NCBI GenBank assembly: GCA_016214105.1
Contig: JACRPD010000029.1
Span: 1 to 46,148 of the forward strand
Direction: 5' to 3'
Length of the DNA stretch: 46,148 nucleotides
Source of the DNA: Candidatus Magasanikiibacteriota bacterium
Lineage (GTDB): Bacteria > Patescibacteriota > Patescibacteriia > Magasanikbacterales > UBA922
This document shows, one piece after another, positions 25,718 to 37,504 of this stretch. The notes under the pieces were generated by a model. It was not told where the DNA came from. It worked only from the letters and a program-made list of their open reading frames with translations, and ran no database searches. Position numbers and translations under genes: made by a program. Positions within the stretch are counted from its first letter, which is position 1, and every line of letters starts with the position of its first letter.

Positions 25718-27287
25718 TTTGACAATTTTTTCTTTGTGGCTTTTAAGCGCAGTGATAGATTACTCCGAATTTTGTTATATTTGGCAATTGAAAGAATACC
25801 GCTGGGATCGTTTTCGTGATTTTTTGACCACCCAACAAGGCAAGACCTACTGGGCTAAATATCGTCTACTTTGGCGTTCTGTTGTCGCTTTTTTTATCTT
25901 TTTCTGGCCGATGAACGACGTGCTGACGGTAAAATATATTCTTTTGCTTTTGTTCACGGTTGACTTGGCTTACAACGCGTTCAAATTTTATCGTTCTAGC
26001 TTGGCGCATCCGAAGTACACGCAAAAAGCGATCCTGATTATTTTGATGGCGGTGGCAGTTGAAGGCGCGGTTTTTCTGTTAGCTAAAGATTGGGTGTTAT
26101 TTTTAGTGCTTTTGATTGTCAGGTTTTTAATCATTACCGGAGTCATTTTTATTATCAATCAAATAACAAACATTGTTAAAAAATTTTTAATTCAAAAAGC
26201 CGCGCGCAAGCTGTCCGAACAAAACAATCTGCTGGTGATCGGCATAACCGGGAGTTATGGCAAAAGCACGGTGAAAAAATTTCTTCATCACATTTTGGAA
26301 CAAAAATATCATGTCATCAGAACACCGCGCAATATCAATACGGAAATTGGCGTGGCCCAATTCGTCCTCTCCACTGATTTGACCGGAGTGGAAGTGTTTA
26401 TCGTAGAAATGGGCGCGTATCAAATCGGCGAGATTGCTCTAATTTGTCGCATGGTCAAACCAAAGATTGGCATTCTGACCGCGATTAACGAACAGCATCT
26501 ATCATTGTTTGGAAGCATAGAAAAAACTCAACAGGCAAAATATGAACTGTTGAAATCTTTACCGAATGATGGATTGGCCGTGATTAATTTTGACAATGAC
26601 TATTGTCGCGAAAAAGTGAGTGAATTAAAATGTCGAGTCGTTTCTTATGGTCTAGATGCTGATCAGAATCCTGACTGTTTAATAAAAGACGTAAAATCAA
26701 ATTTAAGCGGCATTAGTTTTATCGTTAAAATTGATAAGAGTGAAACTGAATTTTTGACTCCGATTGTCGGAGAACACAATGCAATGAACATCGCGCCCTG
26801 TTTGTTGATCGGGACAAAACTGGGGATAGCCATGGAGACAATGAGGAACGCGGTTGCGACCCTGCCGCCTTCGCTCAAGATTTTTAAATATGGGAATTGT
26901 GATATTATTGACGATAGTTATAATTCCAACCCCAACGGCTTTAAGGCGGCCTTAGAGATTGTAAATAAATATCCGACTGAGAAAAAACGGATAGTCGTCA
27001 CGCGCGGCATGCTTGAATTGGGGAATGAGAGCGAAATAATACATGAAAAAATAGGCGAGGAAATATCAATTGTCGCTGATGAGCTAGTCATAATTACCAA
27101 AGATTTTGTCGAGCCGTTGTCTATAGGCGTTGCCGGTAGATTTAAGACGAATGTCATCTGTAAACCGACATCGGCGGAACTTTTAGCTTATCTGCGGGGG
27201 TTAAAAGATTCATCCGCTGTTATTTTGTTGGAAAATCGGATTCCGGAAAATGTAATACGGGAAATTAAATATGAAAATCTTTCGTAA
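25701..27287 (+). CDS. Mur ligase family protein (MurF-like central and C-terminal domains) with an N-terminal domain of about 160 aa and 5 TM helices
   Basis: GITGSYGKST P-loop, EMGAYQIGEI, NAINEQHL, DDSYNSNP. Residues 1-160 are hydrophobic helices that replace the usual soluble MurF N-domain. Confidence 0.8.
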   Translation: MLSMINLTIFSLWLLSAVIDYSEFCYIWQLKEYRWDRFRDFLTTQQGKTYWAKYRLLWRSVVAFFIFFWPMNDVLTVKYILLLLFTVDLAYNAFKFYRSSLAHPKYTQKAILIILMAVAVEGAVFLLAKDWVLFLVLLIVRFLIITGVIFIINQITNIVKKFLIQKAARKLSEQNNLLVIGITGSYGKSTVKKFLHHILEQKYHVIRTPRNINTEIGVAQFVLSTDLTGVEVFIVEMGAYQIGEIALICRMVKPKIGILTAINEQHLSLFGSIEKTQQAKYELLKSLPNDGLAVINFDNDYCREKVSELKCRVVSYGLDADQNPDCLIKDVKSNLSGISFIVKIDKSETEFLTPIVGEHNAMNIAPCLLIGTKLGIAMETMRNAVATLPPSLKIFKYGNCDIIDDSYNSNPNGFKAALEIVNKYPTEKKRIVVTRGMLELGNESEIIHEKIGEEISIVADELVIITKDFVEPLSIGVAGRFKTNVICKPTSAELLAYLRGLKDSSAVILLENRIPENVIREIKYENLS

Positions 27288-28518
27288 GCCGATTTTTACT
27301 GGCTTCGCGCCGAATTTGGCCAAAAGCGACGCGTGGATTGCCGCTTCTTTTTTACTTTTTCCGTGGAAATGGTTTCAATTAAAAATCGGAAAAAATGCCG
27401 TCAGAGCGGAACAGTGGCTGAAAAATTATTTTTCCGTTAAGCATTGTTTTGTTTTCGACAGTGGCCGTAGCGCCCTCTATTTTATTTTAAAAAGTCTAGA
27501 TTTGAAACCCGGTGAGGAGGTTTTGCTACAATCTTATACTTGTGTGGTAGTTGCAAACGCAATTATTCAAGCCGGCGGAAAACCTGTTTATGTTGATATT
27601 GGCGACGACTTCAACATGGATTTGGCAGATTTAGAAAAAAAGATTACCCCGCAAGCGAAAGTCTTGTTAATTCAGCACACTTTTGGCAAGCCGGCAAATC
27701 TTGATTTATTGTTAAAATTAGCTAAAAAATACAATTTATTCATAATTGAGGACTGCGCCCACGCTTTGGGAATAAAGTATAATGGCAAGTTATTAGGAAC
27801 ATTTGGGGATGTTGGATTTTTTAGTTTTGGCAGCGACAAGCCGGTCTCTTGCGGCCGAGGTGGTGCAGTCGTAACGAACGATGACGGATTTGCGGAAAAA
27901 TTGTTTGAGTTTCAGCGAACGCTACCTTCGGCAAAATTAGGAAAAGTTTTACAGCATTTGTTTTCTTTTATAATTTTTTTCATCTCAAAGCCGGTTTATA
28001 ATCTCGGAGTAGGGAAGTGTCTGTTGTGGTGCGCGGGTAGATTAGGGCTGATAAATAAAATTATTTATCCAAAAGAGAAGCGCGGTCGGGCGGTAAAATT
28101 TTATCCTTCATTGCTAGTCAACAGCTTGGCGACAATTTTGTTAAACCAATTGCGCCAGCTTGACGTTTTTAACAATCATCGCCGTGAAATAGCGCGGCGA
28201 TATCAAGAAAAAATAGAAAATAAAAAAATTCATTTGCCAAATCAAGAGTGGGGTGATGTTACCTGGCTTCGCTACCCGATTTTAATCGCTGAACCGGAAA
28301 GACTGCTGGCGTCAGCCAAAAAGGACGGCATTATTCTAGGCAATTGGTATGATGTTCCGGTCGCTCCGAAAGACGCGGACTCATCTGTGGTTGGCTATCA
28401 GCCGGGTACTTGCCCAAAGGCTGAACGACTTGCTTCCCAGTCAATAAATTTGCCAACCGATATATCAATAAGTTTCAAAGACGCGGAGAAGATAATCAAG
28501 CTGATAAATTATTTTTAG
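27271..28518 (+). CDS. DegT/DnrJ/EryC1/StrS-family PLP-dependent aminotransferase
   Basis: SGRSALYFILKSL, IIEDCAHALG and FSFGSDKPVSCGRGG (the PLP lysine context). Confidence 0.8.
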   Translation: MKIFRKPIFTGFAPNLAKSDAWIAASFLLFPWKWFQLKIGKNAVRAEQWLKNYFSVKHCFVFDSGRSALYFILKSLDLKPGEEVLLQSYTCVVVANAIIQAGGKPVYVDIGDDFNMDLADLEKKITPQAKVLLIQHTFGKPANLDLLLKLAKKYNLFIIEDCAHALGIKYNGKLLGTFGDVGFFSFGSDKPVSCGRGGAVVTNDDGFAEKLFEFQRTLPSAKLGKVLQHLFSFIIFFISKPVYNLGVGKCLLWCAGRLGLINKIIYPKEKRGRAVKFYPSLLVNSLATILLNQLRQLDVFNNHRREIARRYQEKIENKKIHLPNQEWGDVTWLRYPILIAEPERLLASAKKDGIILGNWYDVPVAPKDADSSVVGYQPGTCPKAERLASQSINLPTDISISFKDAEKIIKLINYF

Positions 28519-28521
28519 AGT

Positions 28522-29553
28522 ATGTTTGACGTTCGAGAGATTAAAGATGAAAAAATTTGGGAAAAGTTTATTATAGATCAAACTTACGCGATTTTTTTGC
28601 AATCCCCTCAATACGGAGAATTTTATAAAAAATTAGGCGAACAAAGCTGGGTGTTCGGAATTTTTGACGCGGAAAAATTGGTGGGAGGAACACTGGCAGT
28701 GACGGTTCACGCTAAACGCGGCAGTTTTCTATTTTTACCATACGGGCCGGTCATTAGCGAGAAAAAAAATCGCGGCGAGGCGCTCAAAGCGCTGACCGCG
28801 CATTTATCAAATTTTGCAAGAAGTCAAAAATTAGATTTTATCAAGTCTAGTCCATTTTGGGAAAATAATCCAACCAATCAAAATTTATTCAAACAATTTA
28901 AATATCAAAACGCTCCGATGCATATACTCGCGGAAAATACTTGGTTATTGGATTTGAGTTTGAGTGAAGAAAACTTGTTAGCCGGCATGGAGAAGACGCA
29001 CCGTTATTTAATTCGGCGCTGTATGAAAACTGGCGTTATCGTGATAAAAACAAACGAACCGCAAAAATTAGCTGAATTCAGCCAGTTGCATGATTTGACC
29101 GCGCAACGGCACAAATTCCACCGATTTTCTGACGAGTATATTCAAAACGAATATAATTGTTTCGCGCCGCGAGGCGAGGCAATGCTAATTAAGGGCATTT
29201 TGCCGGATGGCCGAGTAGATTCAGCCGCGGTTGTCATCTTCTATGGCAATATGGCCGCTTATCGGCATGGCGCGTCGGCTAATTTTGACCATAAATTACC
29301 GACTTCTTATCTGGTGCAATGGGAAGCGATTAAAGAGGCGAAAAAACGCGGACTTTCTTGGTATAATTTTTGGGGCATCACCCCGCCAAACGCGAATAAA
29401 AAACACCCCTTCTACGGAATCACGCATTTTAAAAAAGGTTTCGGCGGTTTTAATTTTAATTTGGTCCATTGCCAAGACCTGCCATTGACGAAAAAATACT
29501 ATCTAAATTGGCTGGTAGAAACTTTTAGAAGTTTAAGAAGGGGATTTAAATAA
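28522..29553 (+). CDS. FemAB-family peptidoglycan bridge-forming aminoacyltransferase
   Basis: 343 aa. Two GNAT-like halves, including ...AYRHGASAN...YLVQWEAIKEAKKRGLSWYNFWGI.... Confidence 0.75.
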   Translation: MFDVREIKDEKIWEKFIIDQTYAIFLQSPQYGEFYKKLGEQSWVFGIFDAEKLVGGTLAVTVHAKRGSFLFLPYGPVISEKKNRGEALKALTAHLSNFARSQKLDFIKSSPFWENNPTNQNLFKQFKYQNAPMHILAENTWLLDLSLSEENLLAGMEKTHRYLIRRCMKTGVIVIKTNEPQKLAEFSQLHDLTAQRHKFHRFSDEYIQNEYNCFAPRGEAMLIKGILPDGRVDSAAVVIFYGNMAAYRHGASANFDHKLPTSYLVQWEAIKEAKKRGLSWYNFWGITPPNANKKHPFYGITHFKKGFGGFNFNLVHCQDLPLTKKYYLNWLVETFRSLRRGFK

Positions 29554-29566
29554 TTTTTTTTTGCAA

Positions 29567-30577
29567 ATGTTTAATCGGCATCGCTTAAAACGCAAATGGG
29601 GTAGGGGAGTGAAAAGATCCCTTGATTTTTTGGTGCGGACAAAAAATAATGACAAAGTTTTTAAAGATTTTGCCTGGCACTCCGCCAAACAAAATCCGCT
29701 GTTAGCCGGGCATCAGACAAAAAATCGCCTGAAACCCCTGTTGGCGGTGATCGCCGTATCAGCCGCATTAATTATCGCAATCGGCGTCTATCACCCTTTT
29801 TTTAGAGTAAATAACGTCTCGGTGGCGGGATTACAGCGGATAAATCAAGAAGAATTTAAGAAGGCAGTGTTGGGGATAATAGATTACAAAAAATTATTTT
29901 TTTTGCCAGGCAATTCTTATTTTTTGATTGATGTGGAGGAGATTAAAGAAATTTTGAAAGAAAGATTTCCGATTGAGTCTATTTTAGTCAAAAAAAATTT
30001 TCCTGCCGCGCTGTCGATTCAAATTGAAGAAAAAATTTCCAATTTAATTTATGATAATGGCAAAGAATACGGCTATCTGGACGCGGACGGCAATTTAGTG
30101 GAGATTGTCAGACAAGTGGGTGAAGATGAGTGGAATACAAAAACCCAAGTAACCACGAGTACGAATGAAAAAGGCGAGGTTATTGAGGACACAAAAATTT
30201 TGGAAGCCAGCCACACTCCAAATATAAAATATGTTGTCGCGGAGATGGGCGATTATCCGATATTGTTTGATAAGCGCGGTAAAATCACTGCTTTAAATAC
30301 TGCTGCAATTACCAAAGAACTGGCTGGCGGAATTATCAACTGGTTCAATTTAATTAACAAAAAAACCGACATTTCTTTCGGCTACGCAATTATAGAGGAT
30401 GAACGTGGGGAAGGGGAGATAATGACCGACGCGGGGTGGCGGCTCAAAGTCGTGCTGACAAAAGATATTGATTTGCAATTCGTCGAATTTCAGCATCTTT
30501 TAGCAAAGGAAAAACTGAATTTAAACAGTTTAAATTATATTGATTTGAGATTTTTAGGTAAGGTTTATTGGCAGTGA
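29567..30577 (+). CDS. ftsQ: FtsQ/DivIB-like cell division protein (TM anchor plus POTRA domain)
   Basis: TM helix (LLAVIAVSAALIIAIGVY), then FRVNNVSVAGLQRINQEEFKKAV ... LSIQIEEK, which is POTRA-like. Stop TGA. Confidence 0.7.
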   Translation: MFNRHRLKRKWGRGVKRSLDFLVRTKNNDKVFKDFAWHSAKQNPLLAGHQTKNRLKPLLAVIAVSAALIIAIGVYHPFFRVNNVSVAGLQRINQEEFKKAVLGIIDYKKLFFLPGNSYFLIDVEEIKEILKERFPIESILVKKNFPAALSIQIEEKISNLIYDNGKEYGYLDADGNLVEIVRQVGEDEWNTKTQVTTSTNEKGEVIEDTKILEASHTPNIKYVVAEMGDYPILFDKRGKITALNTAAITKELAGGIINWFNLINKKTDISFGYAIIEDERGEGEIMTDAGWRLKVVLTKDIDLQFVEFQHLLAKEKLNLNSLNYIDLRFLGKVYWQ

Positions 30578-30678
30578 TTTTCTGTGGGGGAGAAGGGTAC
30601 AAAACCTTTTGTGAAGTGTGAGAAGGCGTCGCACAATGACACTTATGCGACATTCCATGGGGATGACAGAAAGAAATT

Positions 30679-31920
30679 CTACCAATCCTTTATCAAATAA
30701 TTCAACGGACTGATCGGAATACCATTCTTTCTTATTTCAAAATGGATGTGCGGCCCGGTAGTCCACGGTCCGGCGCCAGCTGTCCCGGGTGCTCCTCCGG
30801 TATAAGCAATAATATCACCACGCGTCACAAATTTGTCTTCAGCCACGACAATGGAGCTTAGATGGCCGTAAACAGTTGATAATCCATCCGCGTGCACTAA
30901 CATTACATAGCTGTAACAGCTGGCGAGCGAACATCTTTTCGCTCTGGCGACATAACCGGACGCGGACGCTTTAACCGCCGTGCCCTGCGCCGCTCTAATA
31001 TCAATCCCCGGATGTTCAAAGATATAACGAAAGGGATAATCCGGATCATAAAAACCAGTGGTGATATATCGGCTTTGCGTTGGCCAGCTGAATTTTCCGC
31101 CCGGTTCAAGTTCTACATTTTTCAGTTGTTTTTGTTTTTCCAGTTTTTTACGAACTTCTCTCTCAATTGATATTACTTCACTTTCCACAGCTTGCGACTG
31201 TTCTTTAAGATTTGCCAATAATGTTTTAAATTTCAGCTCGGACGAGTATGTTTGGGCCAACAAATCCTGTTTTAATTTCGCCTGTTCGTCAAAATCATCC
31301 TTTTTTTGTTCTAGTTCTTCTTTGAAAGTCAGATAAGAATTTTTACGTTCTTCAATCTGTTTTTTCTTATCCGCTAAATCTTGCCGCGCGTCGCGCAAAG
31401 AATTTACGTTCAACACCAAGTCATTCTGCACGGTTTGTAAATATTGCACTTGATTGTAAAAATCGGAAAAATTCTCATAAGCCGCGGCGATTTCAATGTA
31501 ATTTTTTCCGTCTTGCTCGTGATAAGCTCGGATTAACTCGGCTAAAATCCGTTTTTGTCTGCTGATCACTTTTTCTTTGTCATCAATCGCAAGGTTAAGC
31601 GCTTCAATTTCCAAGGTAAGCGTATCCAGCTTATCTTCGGTAGCCTGAATATCCAGCTCTACTTGTGAAATCCGATTGTCAAAAATAGCAATCTGATTTG
31701 ATAAAGAAATCGCTTCCAGTCGTTTTTGATCGACTTTCTTTTTATAAGCCGCAATACTGTCCTCTAGCTGTTTTATTTTCGTTTTTTTCTCCGCGATTTT
31801 TTGATTCAGGACATCAATTTCCTGTTTATTTCCACCAACGTTTTCAGAAAAAACCACAATTGGACTAGTTATGAATAGTCCGATTAAAATTAACAAACCT
31901 GCCTTAATAACGAGTCGCAT
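30679..31920 (-). CDS. M23-family metallopeptidase with a long N-terminal coiled coil (EnvC-like)
   Basis: Signal/TM sequence, about 250 aa of coiled coil, then HPGIDIRAAQGTAV ... YGHLS ... GPHIHFEIR. ATG at 31920; the ORF track opens at a TTG at 31932. Confidence 0.88.
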   Translation of the reverse strand: MRLVIKAGLLILIGLFITSPIVVFSENVGGNKQEIDVLNQKIAEKKTKIKQLEDSIAAYKKKVDQKRLEAISLSNQIAIFDNRISQVELDIQATEDKLDTLTLEIEALNLAIDDKEKVISRQKRILAELIRAYHEQDGKNYIEIAAAYENFSDFYNQVQYLQTVQNDLVLNVNSLRDARQDLADKKKQIEERKNSYLTFKEELEQKKDDFDEQAKLKQDLLAQTYSSELKFKTLLANLKEQSQAVESEVISIEREVRKKLEKQKQLKNVELEPGGKFSWPTQSRYITTGFYDPDYPFRYIFEHPGIDIRAAQGTAVKASASGYVARAKRCSLASCYSYVMLVHADGLSTVYGHLSSIVVAEDKFVTRGDIIAYTGGAPGTAGAGPWTTGPHIHFEIRKNGIPISPLNYLIKDW

Positions 31921-31933
31921 AGCATCAAACAAT

Positions 31934-33770
<1,837 letters not shown>

Positions 33771-33792
<22 letters not shown>

Positions 33793-34580
33793 AAAAAATA
33801 AAATAAGAAAACAATCGTCGCTTTAAAAATTCTTTTTATCCGCCAAGGTTCTAAACTCAACCGCCACAACCATTCTAATCCCAACCAGCGCATAAATTTT
33901 GGCGCGCGTTTGCTTTTTCCGGCCAAAAAATCAAAAGCCCCGCCAACTCCAATCGCCACTTTAACGCTTGGTAATTGCGCTAGATTTTCATAAATCCACT
34001 TTTCTTGTTTTCCATGCCCAAAACCAACGAACAAAATATCCGGCGCTTGCATTATTATATCATAAAGCAGGTCTTCATTTCCAGTTTTATCATATTCAAT
34101 CTTGTGGTTTACCAGTTTTTCAATCTTTATCCCGTTATTAAATCCACAAATTTTTAACCCGCTAAATTTTCTTTTTAACGCTTCTGCCGCGTTCTTAATC
34201 ACGCTCTCATCACCAGAGCCAAGCAAAGAAACACCCTTATCTTTTTCTTTCGCCAAACCGCAAATATCCAACATAAAATCAACTCCGGAAATGCGAACAG
34301 CTGGCGACTGGATTGCGGAGCCTGTCCCGAGTGGTGGCGAGGGATCGCGGCTTCCTCGCAATGACAGTTTTGCTGCCAGCCAAAGGCCAAACCCATCACA
34401 GATATTTAAATCTCCGCTGTTCAAAACCTCGCGAAAATATTCGTCATTTCGCGCGTCAACCAGCATTTCAGGATTGGGAGTGAAAATTTTATTTTGTTTT
34501 TGTGAATCTAAAAAACTAGCAACTTTCTCCAGCGCTCTTGTTCCATCCACTTCGTCCACTCTTACACCTAAGATATCCAT
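33771..34580 (-). CDS. WecG/TagA/CpsF-family glycosyltransferase carrying an in-frame repeat-derived insertion
   Basis: FTPNPEMLV ... CDGFGLWLAAK ... ISGVDFM ... LLGS ... ILFVGFGHGKQEKW ... IGVGGAFDFLAGK..RAP. The extra segment is LSLRGSRDPSPPLGTGSAIQSPAV. Confidence 0.85.
34305..34365. repeat. Copy of the GTCATTGCGAGGA...GCAATCCAGTCG repeat unit embedded in the wecG-like CDS
   Basis: The reverse complement reads gtcattgcgagga-agccgcgatccctcgccaccactcgggacaggctcc-gcaatccagtcg. It has the same head and tail as the unit at 3497-3541. Confidence 0.75.
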
Positions 34581-34605
34581 AAAATCTACTTAGAGTATAT
34601 AAAAT

Positions 34606-34634
34606 TTGACAAAATTTTGCAATATGTCTATACT
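34606..34634 (+). promoter_or_regulatory. Sigma-70-type promoter of clpB
   Basis: TTGACA (34606-34611), a 17-nt spacer, then TATACT (34629-34634). Confidence 0.7.
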
Positions 34635-34635
34635 A

Positions 34636-34662
34636 TTATCACTCACTCTATTAGAGTGATAA
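34636..34662 (+). promoter_or_regulatory. CIRCE-like inverted repeat (putative HrcA operator)
   Basis: TTATCACTC-N9-GAGTGATAA compared with the CIRCE consensus TTAGCACTC-N9-GAGTGCTAA. It is a perfect 9-bp inverted repeat starting 2 nt after the -10 hexamer. Confidence 0.7.
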
Positions 34663-34733
34663 TTAGCATATATCCCCCTAAACTCAGCTAAAAAACATAA
34701 TTCACGATTCATAATTCGTAATTCATCGCCACT

Positions 34734-37373
34734 ATGATTCCTCAAAACTTCACTAACAAATCCCAAGAAGCAATACAAGACGCGGCGAAAATAGCAACAG
34801 AAAACGGCCAGCCGCAAGTGGAGCCGCCGCATCTTTTTGCCGCCCTTTTGGGTCAAGAAGACGGCGTGGCGGTTTCGGTTTTAAAAAAACTGAACGCCAA
34901 TCTGAAAGAGATCCGCGATACGGCGCAAAAATTGATTGACGCGATGCCAAAACAGACTGGTCCCCTGCCCGGCGGCGGGATGGGACAGATTATGCTGGGG
35001 CAAGCGATGGTGTATATTTTTCAAAACGCCGGCAACGAGGCGAAAAAAATGGGTGATGATTTTATCAGCGTTGAACATTTGTTGCTGGCATTTTTGACCA
35101 ACAAAAACCCGGTTAGCGACGCTTTGTCCCAGCAAAAAATTCAATATGATGATATTTTAAAAACTTTGGTTAAAGTAAGAGGCACGCAAAAAGTTGATTC
35201 GCCTGAACCGGAAAGCAAGTATCAAGCATTGGAAAAATATGGAAAAAATTTGACCGAATTGGCGCGCAAAGAAAAATTAGATCCGGTCATTGGCCGTGAT
35301 GACGAAGTGCGCCGCGTGATGCAAGTTTTATCGCGCCGGACAAAAAACAATCCGGTGTTAATCGGTGAACCAGGCGTCGGCAAGACCGCGATCGTTGAAG
35401 GTCTGGCGCAAAGAATCGTCCATGGGGATGTGCCGGAAAGTTTAAAAGAAAAAGAAGTGATTGCGTTGGATATCGGCAGTTTAGTGGCTGGCACAAAATT
35501 CCGCGGTGAATTTGAAGAAAGATTTAAGGCGGTTTTAAAAGAAACGATTGAATCAGCCGGAAAAATTATTTTGTTTATTGATGAACTCCACACTATCATG
35601 GGCGCCGGATCGTCGGAAGGCGCGGTAGACGCAAGCAATATGCTGAAGCCGGCTTTGGCGCGCGGAGAATTGCATACTATTGGCGCGACGACGCTTAAAG
35701 AATACCAGAAACACATTGAAAAAGACGCGGCTTTTGAGCGCCGTTTTCAGCCGGTTTTGGTTCAGGAACCGACAAAAGAAGACACCATCGCGATTTTGCG
35801 CGGCATCAAAGAAAAATATGAAGTGCATCATGGCGTCCGCATCACCGACCCGGCGATTATTTCCGCGGTGGAATTGTCCACTCGCTACATCACGGATCGT
35901 TTTTTACCGGATAAAGCCATAGATTTAATTGATGAGGCGACTTCGGCTTTACGCATGGAAATTGATTCAATGCCGGATGATTTGGACAAAATGAAGCGCA
36001 AAATGATGAAGATTGACATTGAGTTGCGCGCGCTTAAAAAAGAAACCGACGATGAATCGCAAGAGCGGATGAATAAGCTGAAAGAAGAGCTGGCGAATCT
36101 GAAAGAAAAATCAAGCGAGCTTGAATTGCACTGGCGAAATGAAAAAGAAATCATCACTAAAATCCGCGAACACAAAAAAGAGATTGATCGATTAAAACAG
36201 CAGGCCGATATTGAAGAGCGCAAAGGCGATTTGCAGAAAGTCGCGGAAATTCGCTATGGCAAAATTCCAATGATGGAAGACGCGATTATTAAAGATGAAA
36301 AAAGATTAGCGGAAATTCAAAAAGGCCGCGCGATTTTAAAAGAAGAAGTAACCGAAGAAGATGTCGCGATGGTGGTTTCCCGTTGGACCGGAATACCGGT
36401 AGCTAAGATGCTGCAGGATGAAGTTAAAAAACTCGCTCACACCGAGGCGGACTTATCAAAACGCGTTATTGGGCAAGAAGAAGCCATCAAAGCGGTTGCG
36501 AACGCGATTCGCCGTTCTCGCGCCGGCATTGCCGAGGAAAAACGGCCGATCGGCTCATTCATTTTTATGGGTCCGACCGGCGTGGGCAAGACCGAACTGG
36601 CGCGCGCGCTGGCCGAATTTATGTTTAATGATGAAAACGCTTTAGTCAGAATTGACATGAGCGAATACATGGAAAAACACGCGGTCAGCAAAATGATCGG
36701 CTCCCCTCCCGGCTATGTTGGTTATGAAGAAGGCGGACAATTGACAGAAATCATCCGCCGCCGGCCTTACTCCGTTATTTTGTTTGATGAAATAGAAAAA
36801 GCGCATCCGGATATTTTCAATATGATGCTGCAAATTTTGGATGATGGCCACCTGACTGACGCGAAAGGACGGCGGGTTAATTTTAAAAATACCGTCATTA
36901 TCATGACCAGCAACATCGGCTCGGATATGATTATGGAAATGGGCCGGCGCGGTGATTTCGGCTTCAGCGACGGCAAGACGGTTTCCGGCAAACAAAAAGA
37001 AGAAAAGATAAATGAAAAAATAATGGAAGCATTGCGCGAGCGTTTCAAGCCGGAATTTTTAAACCGCGTTGACGAAATTATCACTTTTCATCCGCTGAAT
37101 GAAAAACAAATCCGCTCTATTGTTGACTTGCAATTGGCAATCGTCGCGCGACGGCTGATTGATAAAAAAATTATTCTTGAAATCACCGATCGCGCGAAAG
37201 ACTGGCTGGCAAAAAAAGGCTATGATCCGAACCTCGGCGCCAGACCGCTCAAACGCGTCATCCAAACCGAACTCTTGGATAAACTGGCGATGTTGATGGT
37301 TGAAGGCAAGACCGTTGACGGGCAGGATGTCAAGGTTGATGTTGATAAGGGGAAATTGGTGATAAAGGTGTAG
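34734..37373 (+). CDS. clpB: ATP-dependent chaperone/disaggregase ClpB
   Basis: Two AAA+ modules (GEPGVGKT; GPTGVGKT), a long middle coiled-coil domain and a Clp N-domain. 879 aa. Confidence 0.97.
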   Translation: MIPQNFTNKSQEAIQDAAKIATENGQPQVEPPHLFAALLGQEDGVAVSVLKKLNANLKEIRDTAQKLIDAMPKQTGPLPGGGMGQIMLGQAMVYIFQNAGNEAKKMGDDFISVEHLLLAFLTNKNPVSDALSQQKIQYDDILKTLVKVRGTQKVDSPEPESKYQALEKYGKNLTELARKEKLDPVIGRDDEVRRVMQVLSRRTKNNPVLIGEPGVGKTAIVEGLAQRIVHGDVPESLKEKEVIALDIGSLVAGTKFRGEFEERFKAVLKETIESAGKIILFIDELHTIMGAGSSEGAVDASNMLKPALARGELHTIGATTLKEYQKHIEKDAAFERRFQPVLVQEPTKEDTIAILRGIKEKYEVHHGVRITDPAIISAVELSTRYITDRFLPDKAIDLIDEATSALRMEIDSMPDDLDKMKRKMMKIDIELRALKKETDDESQERMNKLKEELANLKEKSSELELHWRNEKEIITKIREHKKEIDRLKQQADIEERKGDLQKVAEIRYGKIPMMEDAIIKDEKRLAEIQKGRAILKEEVTEEDVAMVVSRWTGIPVAKMLQDEVKKLAHTEADLSKRVIGQEEAIKAVANAIRRSRAGIAEEKRPIGSFIFMGPTGVGKTELARALAEFMFNDENALVRIDMSEYMEKHAVSKMIGSPPGYVGYEEGGQLTEIIRRRPYSVILFDEIEKAHPDIFNMMLQILDDGHLTDAKGRRVNFKNTVIIMTSNIGSDMIMEMGRRGDFGFSDGKTVSGKQKEEKINEKIMEALRERFKPEFLNRVDEIITFHPLNEKQIRSIVDLQLAIVARRLIDKKIILEITDRAKDWLAKKGYDPNLGARPLKRVIQTELLDKLAMLMVEGKTVDGQDVKVDVDKGKLVIKV

Positions 37374-37393
37374 AGAGTTACGAGATGTTCTCT

Positions 37394-37435
37394 CTCTCCT
37401 TAACAAAATAAGGAGAGGATTTGCCCGCAGGCGGG
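37394..37435. repeat. REP-like hairpins downstream of clpB
   Basis: ctctcctta-acaaaa-taaggagag (9-bp stem) followed by cccg-cagg-cggg. Confidence 0.55.
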
Positions 37436-37504
37436 GGTGAGGTGGTGAAAAATATAAAACTTTCCCTTCTTTGTAAACTAATTTAATTATGTTATACTTA
37501 CTCC

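Noticed and set aside
35222-35716. 164-aa antisense ORF inside clpB. Similar antisense ORFs lie at 34102-34593 (in wecG), 37059-37571 (clpB end and spacer), 44575-45090 (in the O-antigen-ligase-like gene) and 5822-6196
   Set aside because: They are low-complexity, lie on the opposite strand of well-supported conserved genes, and show no start or RBS context. These are typical shadow ORFs.
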